A stretch of DNA of 64,000 nucleotides from the NCBI GenBank assembly GCA_042570925.1, contig JBHPFX010000002.1:10930-74929 (forward strand), given 5' to 3'. This document shows positions 27,549 to 36,406 of this stretch, in pieces (positions within the stretch are counted from its first letter, which is position 1; the number at the start of each line of letters is the position of its first letter). The position numbers were made by a program, and so were the translations under genes. The DNA is from Patescibacteria group bacterium. Lineage in GTDB: Bacteria; Patescibacteriota; Patescibacteriia; UBA10025. The notes below the pieces were generated by a model. That model worked only from the letters and a program-made list of their open reading frames with translations, ran no database searches and was not told the origin of the DNA.

Positions 27549-28352
27549 ATATTTACCTTATTCCTAAGGACAATTAAAGACAGAAAAACCTCGATAATGG
27601 TTTTTAGTGCAGCGGGAGTATTACTGCTCTGGATGTACATTTTGCTTTTCCCTACCATGCAGGAACTGGCAGGCGACTTTTTGAAATTGTTGGAAGGATA
27701 TCCTGAAGCTTTTACGAATCTATTTCCGATCAGCGAGGCAAGTTTCTCCAGCATAGAAAACTTCCTTGCGGTCGAGCAGTATAGCTTAATGGTTCCCTTG
27801 TTAATAATATTCATGCTCGTGGCAATTGCGGGAAGTGCGTTATCGGCCGAGGTTGAACGTGGTACCGCAGAGATATTACTCGCGCGGCCAATTTCTCGTA
27901 TAAAAATATTTTTTGCACGCTATAGCGTTGGTATTTTCTCACTACTGCTCTTTATCATCTTTTCGACGTTTATGATCATCCCATTGGGTGGATTGCATAA
28001 TGTTGAATACACGTTAGCGAATTTTACCTCGATCTCAATATTATGTTTTATTTTTGGATGGGCAATATTCAGTATCGCAATGATGTTGTCAGCGATTTTT
28101 TCTGAAATGAGTAAAGTATATATGATTATGGGCGGAATGCTGGTTGGAATGTACGTGCTCTTGATTATTGCAGGAATAAGCGACAAGTGGCAGAACGTAC
28201 AATATGGGTCATTTTTTTACTATTATGATCACAATCAAGCACTTCTGCATAATACGATTGACGTATTCAATATTATTCTCTTTTCAGTAATCGCCGTCAT
28301 TTGTACTTCAATAGCTGCATATAGATTCAATAAGAGAGATATCGCTGTATAA
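27549..28352 (+). CDS. ABC-2 family permease, paralog 1 (start uncertain: ATA 27549 or ATG 27597)
   Basis: Six TM helices. In-frame homology to paralog 2 extends 16 codons upstream of ATG 27597. Confidence 0.7.
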   Translation: MFTLFLRTIKDRKTSIMVFSAAGVLLLWMYILLFPTMQELAGDFLKLLEGYPEAFTNLFPISEASFSSIENFLAVEQYSLMVPLLIIFMLVAIAGSALSAEVERGTAEILLARPISRIKIFFARYSVGIFSLLLFIIFSTFMIIPLGGLHNVEYTLANFTSISILCFIFGWAIFSIAMMLSAIFSEMSKVYMIMGGMLVGMYVLLIIAGISDKWQNVQYGSFFYYYDHNQALLHNTIDVFNIILFSVIAVICTSIAAYRFNKRDIAV

Positions 28353-28362
28353 AGAATTTGTT

Positions 28363-29166
28363 ATGTGGACAATACTTTTAAGAATTCTCAAAGATAGAAA
28401 AATTTCCCTAGCAGTGTACTGTCTCACTGGCATGGCTCTTTTGTGGATATTCATCGCCATGTTCCCAATTATTCAGGAACAGACAACTGCAATTTTAGAT
28501 GTTGTTGAGGGAATGCCAGAAGGATTTCTTAAGGCTTTTGGTATGGAAGGAGACAGTATAACTACGATAGAAGGATTTTTGGCAGGGAAGCAATACTCAG
28601 CTACCTGGCCGATTATGGTGATATTACTCCTTGTCGCTTTAGCTGGAACAGTGATTGCCGGAGAGATTGAGAAGGGATCCATCGAAATCACCTTATCCAG
28701 ACCAGTGTCGCGGTTGAAAATTTTCTTTGGAAGATACTTAGTCGGCCTATCAAGCTTAGTAGTGTTTACGTTTTTTTCTGTTTTTTCGATAGTCCCTTTG
28801 GCTGCGTTGTATAATATTGATATTGAATTTACCAATATTGTGAAACTTACCATAATCACTTTTTTGTTTGGTTGGGCCATCTTGAGCTTATCAATGTTTT
28901 TATCCACTTTATTTTCAGAAAAGAGCAAAGTATATATGATTGTTGGTGGTCTCATGGTTGGAATGTATATTCTGAATACAATTGCACTGATTAAAGAAAG
29001 TATTGATTACATCAAGTATGCCTCATTTTTTCACTATTTAGACACGGTGGGTGCATTAATATTTGATACTATTGGAACAACTTCGATTATTGTATTTATT
29101 TGTTCGGCGGTGGTATTTACCGTTTTTGGTGCATGGTGGTTTAAGAAGAGAGATATCGCAGTATAA
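28363..29166 (+). CDS. ABC-2 family permease, paralog 2
   Basis: Collinear similarity to the 27597 ORF (LRILKDRK, AGEIEKGSIEITLSRP, LFSEKSKVYMIVGG). Confidence 0.8.
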   Translation: MWTILLRILKDRKISLAVYCLTGMALLWIFIAMFPIIQEQTTAILDVVEGMPEGFLKAFGMEGDSITTIEGFLAGKQYSATWPIMVILLLVALAGTVIAGEIEKGSIEITLSRPVSRLKIFFGRYLVGLSSLVVFTFFSVFSIVPLAALYNIDIEFTNIVKLTIITFLFGWAILSLSMFLSTLFSEKSKVYMIVGGLMVGMYILNTIALIKESIDYIKYASFFHYLDTVGALIFDTIGTTSIIVFICSAVVFTVFGAWWFKKRDIAV

Positions 29167-29700
29167 AAAAAACGGCCGGAAGCAGACCGTAGAGAAAGTC
29201 CTCCCTCACCAGAGGTCTTCCTCGCATTATGAAAAGCTGAGGGTACTGCCCCGGGTCCTACGAACCAAACGGGGTGCCTTTCATTATGGGCCACAAACGC
29301 TTCCAGCCGCGAAACTCATCACTGTTGTCAAAGGTACCATTTCAAGTAGGGGGATGCCCGGAGAATACGATTCTACAATGAAGCTCCTCTCTCACCTAGG
29401 ATCTCCATATGATGTCGCGCGCGTACAAAGCAGGGCTCATCATTCAAGAGAACGAATTCTCCGTTGCCCGCTAGGATTCCCCAGGCATCACCACTCATTT
29501 ACTAGATGTATTTTTTGCCTAAGTAAAGGTAGTTGATGAGTGCTGGGCTGTCAAGTGCCTCATCATCCTAGAAAGGTGCATAAGTAAGAATGTCCGGGAG
29601 CCGCCTTTATTGACGGTCTCCCGGGGGTCGCCCGCTCTATCAAGAACGAACAATCGCTTAGTAAGTGTAGACGGACCTTGACAGATAATCAATATCTGTT
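29166..29700 (-). ncRNA. candidate large structured RNA, class unknown
   Basis: About 530 nt with no credible ORF. G+C looks higher than the flanks (by eye). At least six GC-rich helices. Minus-strand intrinsic terminator: ACGGUC/GGCCGU plus U8, equal to plus-strand 29165-29190. The 5' boundary is uncertain. Confidence 0.5.
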
Positions 29701-29785
29701 AAGGTTCTTTAAGGTAGTGGTTCTTTACATGCTCATTCACATCTCGTGCTCCGAAAGACTTAATTATTAAGTTTAACGGGGCCAT

Positions 29786-29974
29786 ATGATGAATCACGAA
29801 ACTATGGTCCTTCTCGGTGGTGTGTTACTCACATTTTCGCTCCTGCGAAAACGAACACGTCTATCGAAGAGGACTTCAGGAATGATCACATTATCGGTCC
29901 TTCTCGCCGAGTTTCTGGTATTTGCAACAGGCATCAGCTTGTTTCTACTCGGTGTCAAGGAATTCCTGACATAG
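29786..29974 (+). CDS. small two-helix membrane protein
   Basis: 62-aa ORF with two hydrophobic segments separated by a basic loop, followed by a terminator. Confidence 0.4.
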   Translation: MMNHETMVLLGGVLLTFSLLRKRTRLSKRTSGMITLSVLLAEFLVFATGISLFLLGVKEFLT

Positions 29975-29984
29975 TATTCGAAAA

Positions 29985-30019
29985 CCCCCATGCATTCTGT
30001 GCGTGGGGATTTTCTTTTT
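29985..30019 (+). terminator. intrinsic terminator
   Basis: CCCCA (29986-29990) pairs with TGGGG (30004-30008), followed by ATTTTCTTTTT. Confidence 0.5.
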
Positions 30020-30044
30020 ATGCAAAACACAGTATAATAAAAGC

Positions 30045-30974
30045 ATGAAAATAAAACTTCAACATGCAATAGGACTTGCGTTAGCAACGGCAGTAATCTC
30101 TGGCGTAGCAACCTTTGTAGCAAAAAAGGCTGTAACGGTCGTATCTGATCCGGTGGTTTTCACATTATTGAAAAATGCCATTGTAGCTATGCTACTCATC
30201 GGACTGGCGGTAGTTTTTACTAAGTTTAAGGAACTCAAGGGATTAAGAAAAAAAGACTGGACAAAGCTGATTGCCATTGGTGTGGTGGGTGGGAGTATTC
30301 CATTTATTCTTTTCTTTACCGGTCTAACGATGACAACTGCCGTTAGTGCCGGCATGATTCATAAAACCTTGTTTATATGGGTGGCGCTCCTGGCAGTGCC
30401 ATTCTTAAAAGAACGCGTTGGCTGGAAGCAAGCTGCAGCTTTTATCCTGCTTATTGGAGGTTCATTTGCCCTTGGAGGATTTAAGGGTTTTCAATTTGGC
30501 ATAGGGGAGCTGATGGTGCTGGTCGCAACGCTCTTTTGGGCGGTAGAAAATATTATTGCCAAGAAAGCTCTTGCAAATCTTTCAAGTTTATTGGTGGCTG
30601 GAGCCCGGATGGTATTTGGATCTGTAATACTTTTAGCAGTCGTAGGATTTCAGGGAAATCTGTCATTGATTGGAGGGCTTAATGCTGAACAGTGGATTTG
30701 GACACTCATCCCGGCATTATTCCTCATCGGGTATGTGACGACATGGTATACGGCTTTAAAGCATGCTCCCGCATCTCTTGTTGCCAGCTTACTCGTTCCA
30801 GCTGCATTGATCACGAATGTACTCTCACTCGTTTTTCTTGATAAAGCATTAACTGTTGCTGAAATAGGCGGCAGCATATTCTTTATTGCTGCAATTACTT
30901 TACTCGTGTGGGGAGCTAAGAAGACATCGCTCCAACAGCGGTATGCTGAAGCAACTTCCAACAACACTACATGA
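30045..30974 (+). CDS. EamA/DMT family transporter
   Basis: Ten TM helices in two EamA-like halves. TATAAT at 30033-30038 lies 6 nt upstream of ATG 30045. Confidence 0.75.
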   Translation: MKIKLQHAIGLALATAVISGVATFVAKKAVTVVSDPVVFTLLKNAIVAMLLIGLAVVFTKFKELKGLRKKDWTKLIAIGVVGGSIPFILFFTGLTMTTAVSAGMIHKTLFIWVALLAVPFLKERVGWKQAAAFILLIGGSFALGGFKGFQFGIGELMVLVATLFWAVENIIAKKALANLSSLLVAGARMVFGSVILLAVVGFQGNLSLIGGLNAEQWIWTLIPALFLIGYVTTWYTALKHAPASLVASLLVPAALITNVLSLVFLDKALTVAEIGGSIFFIAAITLLVWGAKKTSLQQRYAEATSNNTT

Positions 30975-31701
30975 TGGAGTAGCCCAATGTGCACGATACG
31001 CTTTCGGGCCGAATAAGCTTCGAATGTGCGGACCTGATGCAAATCAGGAGCTTTCTGCATATTTGAAGGAGGATGTGACTGATGGAGGCCTGACCCACAT
31101 TCTTGAGCAGTTTAAAACTCTCCATCCGTATCTACAGTCCATCGCTTCAGTAAATCATATTCGGGATCCCTTCGATGCACGCGTGGTGAAAGCATACTGG
31201 ATTGGCAATGAGTTGCTAGAAATGATTCCTCAAAAATCTTTTTATGCACATCTCACAGAAAAGCTCGCGCTTAAGAAAAAGACTTCGTCTAAAGATTTTG
31301 ATGAGTTGGTACTGAAACTTCCTAAAGGTGCGCGGATGCACCATTCATTTCATGTTTTTAATGTTTATAAGAGAACAGGAAACCTGGAAGTTCTCCACAC
31401 GGTCGAAAGCATGGATGCGTGTCGAATCAGCTGGGGGAAGGTCGTGAGAATTGACAGCCCAGATGTAATTTTGCAAAGAAAGCCCTTAGTACTTAATGGC
31501 AATCAACTATCACTTGGAGCAGAAGAGGAGTATAAAGTACGCCGGAAGCTTGAAGAAGATGATGTGCTTGATGAAGCTCAGGCGGGGGATTGGGTTACAT
31601 TCCACTGGCATCGCCCGTGCGAAATCGTAACGCCAAAAAGCATTGCCTGGCTGGAATATTATACTCTGAAGCATATTGCCCTCGCTAATCAGACACTCTA
31701 A
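30943..31701 (+). CDS. conserved hypothetical protein with N-terminal CxRYAFxPNxLxxCGP motif (possibly DUF6390-like)
   Basis: The start at ATG 30943 keeps the Cys motif and overlaps the EamA 3' end by 32 nt. The family name is from memory and is low-confidence. Confidence 0.45.
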   Translation: MLKQLPTTLHDGVAQCARYAFGPNKLRMCGPDANQELSAYLKEDVTDGGLTHILEQFKTLHPYLQSIASVNHIRDPFDARVVKAYWIGNELLEMIPQKSFYAHLTEKLALKKKTSSKDFDELVLKLPKGARMHHSFHVFNVYKRTGNLEVLHTVESMDACRISWGKVVRIDSPDVILQRKPLVLNGNQLSLGAEEEYKVRRKLEEDDVLDEAQAGDWVTFHWHRPCEIVTPKSIAWLEYYTLKHIALANQTL

Positions 31702-32069
31702 TGAAGGAAGTATGGATTTTTGGAAATCCTGATCTGCCGGAGGATGCGCTTCCGATCAAGATGGTGCCTAAGCTCAAGGAGCTTTTTCCTGATATTCAAT
31801 TTATATTACGCGACCCGCTGGACGAATGGGATATGCCAAAAAAGCTTGTCATTATTGACACGGTTAAGGGGATCAACAAGGTAACTCCATTTACTTCATT
31901 GGAGCATTTTCAGGGTGTGCCGCATGTGACAATGCACGATTTTGACCTTGGTTCGCATTTAGCGTTTATGCAAAAACTGGGCAAACTGCCGGAGTTTGTC
32001 ATTTACGGCGTCCCGGATACTATTTCTGAAGAAGAGGCTTTGAGCCAGCTTGGTTCTTTACTCCGTTGA
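31701..32069 (+). CDS. hydrogenase maturation endopeptidase-like protein (HycI/HyaD family, short)
   Basis: WIFGNPDLPEDALPIKM, VIIDTV and HDFDLGSHL fit the protease pattern. Adjacent to the [NiFe] hydrogenase genes. Confidence 0.55.
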   Translation: MKEVWIFGNPDLPEDALPIKMVPKLKELFPDIQFILRDPLDEWDMPKKLVIIDTVKGINKVTPFTSLEHFQGVPHVTMHDFDLGSHLAFMQKLGKLPEFVIYGVPDTISEEEALSQLGSLLR

Positions 32070-33354
32070 TGTTGACGGTGAGGAAGTGAGATGCGCAACT
32101 CATGCAGGGATCATATGCCCTGATGAGTTTTTCGAGTTCAAGCTGGAATTCATCACGCGTAGGATTCGTCGGGATAAGTTCTTCAACACGTTTTTTTAGA
32201 TCAGCCTCGATATTAATTTGGTTTTGTCCTGTAGGAACTACAATTTCTCCTTCAATGACCTTACCGTCCTTACCAACGACCACCTTGTGATATAACGTAC
32301 CTCGGGGAGCTTCAACAACTCCGATGCCGGTTCCTTCCTCACGTGTCGGCTGAACGAGCGGCTCTTTTACAAACTTCTGGTTTTGAAGAATTTCTATTGA
32401 ATGATCGATGCAATGAAGAATTTCAACCGCCTGAGCGAGATTATTATCGAAAATGTTCGTAGAGGGGAATTTTTTCAACGTTTCTTTCAATGTTTCCCGA
32501 GTTTTAATATGTAACGCGTCTTTCGCAAGATTAATTCTGGCTAGTGCTCCCACCATATAGGATTCTCCTTTAAACGTATATCCAGATGCATGGGAATGGG
32601 GAATAATTGTGTGATCCAGCATTGACCGGTAGTCATGCTCACTTCTGAAATCTCCCGCATCACTGACCACATTTCCCTCATTGAAGCTGAATGGATTGGC
32701 AACGACAGCCATAAAACGAGTTTTTCGATCCAGCTTGAACTTACTTTTTTCAAATCGTTTGACCGTTCTGACTGCCGCTTCTCTGGAATCCTGTAATTTT
32801 TTTATTGCTTTAGTAACTTCTTCTTCTGTCGGCACTTTCAAAAAACCACCAATTGCCGGAGTAACGGCATGGACACTTCGACCGGCGATAATGATAGAAA
32901 GATAATTTCCTGCGGCCTTCAATTCAAATGCATCATGGAGGATTTGATGCTGTTCAGGGTCATTCTCGTCAAATTCAAGGAACGAATCTTTGCCGTACAT
33001 ATCAGGCAGGGTGAATAAGTACAGATGAAGCGCGTGGTCTCGCAGATTGAGTCCGTACATCGTCAGCTTTTTCATGATTTGAGACTGTTGTGTCGGGGTG
33101 ATGCCCATCGCATGCTCACAAGCCTCAATACTGCATAAAAGGTGCGCATTCGAGCATGTTCCGCAAATTCGAGCGAGAAGTGCCGGCAGGGTCTTATAAG
33201 GCTTGCCGCGCATCGCTTGTGTGTAGAAGCGCTTAAATTCAGTTATGCCAAACTTACAGCGTTCAACTTTATTATTTTTTACATTAATATCAAGCGTTGC
33301 GGCGCCTTCTACTTTTGTAATTTCTTGTGTAAGGGAGAGATCAACTTGATGCAT
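32020..33354 (-). CDS. [NiFe] hydrogenase large subunit
   Basis: N-terminal RICGTCSNAH (RxCGxCxxxH) and C-terminal DPCMSCASH (DPCxxCxxH), followed by a 21-aa tail. ATG 33354 preferred. Confidence 0.85.
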   Translation of the reverse strand: MHQVDLSLTQEITKVEGAATLDINVKNNKVERCKFGITEFKRFYTQAMRGKPYKTLPALLARICGTCSNAHLLCSIEACEHAMGITPTQQSQIMKKLTMYGLNLRDHALHLYLFTLPDMYGKDSFLEFDENDPEQHQILHDAFELKAAGNYLSIIIAGRSVHAVTPAIGGFLKVPTEEEVTKAIKKLQDSREAAVRTVKRFEKSKFKLDRKTRFMAVVANPFSFNEGNVVSDAGDFRSEHDYRSMLDHTIIPHSHASGYTFKGESYMVGALARINLAKDALHIKTRETLKETLKKFPSTNIFDNNLAQAVEILHCIDHSIEILQNQKFVKEPLVQPTREEGTGIGVVEAPRGTLYHKVVVGKDGKVIEGEIVVPTGQNQINIEADLKKRVEELIPTNPTRDEFQLELEKLIRAYDPCMSCASHFLTVNINGVKNQAGSKPLLQK

Positions 33355-33853
33355 TGGTTGGTGGGGGAATGTTAAATTCTTTAAGCATGTCACCAACGAC
33401 ACTGAGGAATTTCTTTTCCGTCATGGGACATCCGGGAACATCAACATCAACTTTGATGACATCTGATAACTTTTTTGCCTTAGGAAGATAATCAAAATGT
33501 TCTAAGACAGGCTGAATCTCCTTGAGTCGTTCTTCATCAAAGTCATTTCTTTGAGTCGAGGGAAGGCCACTTACCGCGCATGCGCCGATAGCCACGACTT
33601 TCTTTGACTTTTCACGAATCAATTTAACCCTGTTGATATGTGATTCTGAAGAAAGTGCTCCTTCGATAAATGCCACATCAAGCTCATCTAAAACGTTTTT
33701 TGTCTGTAGAACTCTTGCATGCCGAATGTCAAGAACTTCTTTCCATGCCCGCCAGTGGTCATTGAGAAGTTCAGTAAATACAATCGTACTGTCTTCACAA
33801 CAGCTGAAAGTAAACCAGCCGATGCGTAATTTTTTTCTTTCCTTTTGAGACAT
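33341..33853 (-). CDS. [NiFe] hydrogenase small subunit (short, group-3/4-like)
   Basis: WFTFSCCEDS, FIEGA, IGACAVSG and VPGCP Fe-S ligand motifs. ATG 33853 preferred. 14-nt overlap with the large subunit gene. Confidence 0.8.
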   Translation of the reverse strand: MSQKERKKLRIGWFTFSCCEDSTIVFTELLNDHWRAWKEVLDIRHARVLQTKNVLDELDVAFIEGALSSESHINRVKLIREKSKKVVAIGACAVSGLPSTQRNDFDEERLKEIQPVLEHFDYLPKAKKLSDVIKVDVDVPGCPMTEKKFLSVVGDMLKEFNIPPPTNASS

Positions 33854-33974
33854 CTTTCTTCCCATATGTGGATAGAAGTATAGCATTTTTTTGTACAGCA
33901 GGCCACGTATTCCCGTTGATGATAAGGGGTAGTTTTGATACAATACATACTGTAATTATTAACAAAACATATCT

Positions 33975-34178
33975 ATGGATGAGCAGCAACATGAATATCA
34001 TGGGGACAAGCCCGAACGCTCCAAACCTCGAATCACCTTAGGTCCGATACTGCTAATTGTCGTCGGTGTATTATGGCTTCTCTCGAACCTTGGTTACAGT
34101 TGGGGAGAGGATGTCTGGATACCGGTGATCATCATCATTGTCGGTGTGTGGCTGATATATAAAAATACGAAAAACTAG
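33975..34178 (+). CDS. small membrane protein (DUF5668-like)
   Basis: LGPILLIVVGVLWLLSNLG plus a second TM helix. Confidence 0.45.
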   Translation: MDEQQHEYHGDKPERSKPRITLGPILLIVVGVLWLLSNLGYSWGEDVWIPVIIIIVGVWLIYKNTKN

Positions 34179-34362
34179 ATATCCAAGTTAAGCAAATGAG
34201 GCCCCTGAAAAAGGGGTCTTTTAGTATCTTGACCCCGCCCTTCGCGAGCGGCGGGGTTGACAAAGTTAAGAATTTACATTAAGGTGGCGTATTGATCTTT
34301 GGACAACACATCATTGGTGGTCAACTAAACCAGACAATCTCGAAAAGGGAGCAGGTGACGAT

Positions 34363-34791
34363 ATGGCGAACAGACGAAGAATTAAGGCTGAAAAAGTGGA
34401 CAAACTACCCAAAGTGTTTTACGTAATTAGGTGGGGATGGTTCGATTTTCCTTGGGTGGTGCTGCTTGCTATGACGCATGCAAATCATTGGACGCACGGG
34501 AAAATCTTTATAGCCGAGGGCCTAGTGACATATTGCCTCGCTGCGCTTCCGATATTCCTGGTTGTAAAGGAGCAAGTCAGATTTCGTCAATGGGGTATCA
34601 AAAATCATCCCGGTTGGATACATGTGTGCGCGTGGGTTGGAACCGTTGTGTTATTCAGTGTTCTTGAATCACTCAATATCGGTTATTCCATGCCACCGCA
34701 TGTAATCAAACTCACCATCTTTGTTGTAAGTGCATATGTCGGTGGAGGAATCATGAATGGAAAACTAACTGCGATGTTTGCACAACGCTAA
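34363..34791 (+). CDS. membrane protein
   Basis: Four hydrophobic helices. SD-like GGGAGCAGGTGA upstream. Confidence 0.5.
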   Translation: MANRRRIKAEKVDKLPKVFYVIRWGWFDFPWVVLLAMTHANHWTHGKIFIAEGLVTYCLAALPIFLVVKEQVRFRQWGIKNHPGWIHVCAWVGTVVLFSVLESLNIGYSMPPHVIKLTIFVVSAYVGGGIMNGKLTAMFAQR

Positions 34792-34835
34792 AGCTGGCAA
34801 CCAATGAAATGATTACGACGGTGATCACCATCGAT

Positions 34836-34875
34836 ACGCCCCGTAGCCGAGAGGAAACGGGGCGTCATTTTATTT
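34836..34875 (+). terminator. intrinsic terminator
   Basis: ACGCCCCGT (34836-34844) pairs with ACGGGGCGT (34857-34865), followed by a T-tract. Confidence 0.7.
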
Positions 34876-34933
34876 ACAAAACTGTGGGCGCCTCACGTGT
34901 GAGACGCCCATGATGGGGAATATCGGAAAGGGA

Positions 34934-35170
34934 TCAAACCGCAGAAACGGTTATCGGGCCGTCAACACGAAGACCGTCATTGACGCGCCAGCTTGTTGAA
35001 CCCGAGGGACGAACAAGAACAACTTGTGGCTCTGTACGGAGCCAGAGAGTCTCTTCGGCTCGTATGTGATGCAACCTGGTCACATCGAGAGTACAATCGA
35101 CATACACTTCTACAGCTGATTTGTCATTACCGGTGACTCGCACACGCTGACCACGTTGAAATTCAGGCAT
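34934..35170 (-). CDS. hypothetical protein
   Basis: 78-aa ORF, G+C-rich, followed by a minus-strand hairpin at about 34885-34912. Confidence 0.4.
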   Translation of the reverse strand: MPEFQRGQRVRVTGNDKSAVEVYVDCTLDVTRLHHIRAEETLWLRTEPQVVLVRPSGSTSWRVNDGLRVDGPITVSAV

Positions 35171-35323
35171 GGCTGTTCCCCTATGTAGTGATGGGTGGGC
35201 AGTTTTGTTGTCTATTATATCTCTACATTATTATATTTTTCATTCAAGGTCAAGAGCGGTGCAGGCTTTTATTAACTTCAAAAAAAAGGTAGACTATATA
35301 CAATTACTAATTATTAGGAGGCC

Positions 35324-36259
35324 ATGTATTGCTCGAATTGCGGAAAATTACTCATGACTGATGCGACATACTGTCGGTCGTGCGGAACAAAAGTCAGACA
35401 GGACACACATGCGATTGCTCGTCGTGCCTTGGTGGGAATTGTCGGGTTTATTGTCGTAGCTACAGCAGCCGCTTTAATCTATTTCTTCTCTTCCGGGAAT
35501 ATATCAAATACGAATACAGGTACTCCGATTGCAATCACCAATTCGTTCTCCCTTTCTCCGGTGAGCACTAAGCCAACGTTAACTGAAATTAAGGCTTCAG
35601 TAGTAAATATATTTTGTCCTGACAGTGAAACATTATCATTCGATGTGGAAGGGTATGGTGGATCTGGTACCCTCATTTCGACTGATGGAATAATTCTGAC
35701 AGCATCGCACATTTTCCCTCAAGATGAGGAGTATTTATATATTCCGGAAGAAGGATGTATCGTTACACTACCTGATCCGGACACTGGTTTTCCGGACGAA
35801 ATGTATGTTGCTCAGCCGACTGTCATTCCTGGATTAAGTGATGACTATGATCTGGCGTACATGGAAATTTATGACGCGTATATCGATGAAGATGGGGTAT
35901 CATATGGAAGATACCCCAGAGTATTTCCCGCTTTTGATGATACGCTTCTTTGTGAGGAGGAGTATGTAGAACTCGGAGAGTCAGTTCGCGTACTCGGGTA
36001 TCCTATTACGAGTGGTGGTGAGACATTAACTATCACTGAAGGAGTCGTAAGCAGTTTTCCGGGTGATGGAACAATATTAACATCGGCAAAAATTGATGAA
36101 GGTAATTCCGGAGGCTTGGCAATCGATCATAATGGTTGTGGACTTGGCGTACCCTCTGCAGTAAGTATTGGTGAGTATGAGAATCTCGGCGTTATCATTT
36201 CAGCCGATCTTGTAGCAGAATTTGACGAGGGGGTGTATGAGCTAGGCGAAGGTATTTAA
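35324..36259 (+). CDS. zinc-ribbon / TM-anchored trypsin-like serine protease
   Basis: CSNCG...CRSCG zinc ribbon, one TM helix, GSGTLIS...TASH, D, and GNSGG serine motif. AGGAGG SD. Confidence 0.65.
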   Translation: MYCSNCGKLLMTDATYCRSCGTKVRQDTHAIARRALVGIVGFIVVATAAALIYFFSSGNISNTNTGTPIAITNSFSLSPVSTKPTLTEIKASVVNIFCPDSETLSFDVEGYGGSGTLISTDGIILTASHIFPQDEEYLYIPEEGCIVTLPDPDTGFPDEMYVAQPTVIPGLSDDYDLAYMEIYDAYIDEDGVSYGRYPRVFPAFDDTLLCEEEYVELGESVRVLGYPITSGGETLTITEGVVSSFPGDGTILTSAKIDEGNSGGLAIDHNGCGLGVPSAVSIGEYENLGVIISADLVAEFDEGVYELGEGI

Positions 36260-36406
36260 TAGTAAAGCGATTTAATAATAACAAGACTACCTCTTATAAA
36301 AGAGGTTGCTTTTGTATCTTGCTCGCTAAGTGAGTTTATGATAAGGTGATATCCAACTTCAAACAAAAAGTAAATAGCTGATCATTCACATTATGGGGAG
36401 GATGCG

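Noticed and set aside
29063-29536. 157-aa plus-strand ORF and 86-aa minus-strand ORF covering the gap after the ABC-2 permeases
   Set aside because: The first begins inside the permease gene in another frame. Its sequence is Arg/His/Ser-rich low complexity with no start context or motif. It is more likely read-through of a GC-rich structured region.
29166-29700. Assignment of the structured segment to RNase P RNA, tmRNA, SRP RNA, 6S RNA or a group I/II intron
   Set aside because: Only partial look-alikes are present: plus-strand GAGAAAGUCC and GAAUGUCCGGGAGCC, and a GGAAGCA loop. The P4 pairing partner, the CR-IV/V motifs, a tag ORF with a tRNA-like end, the SRP GGAA/AGCA helix and intron domain V could not be placed consistently on either strand.
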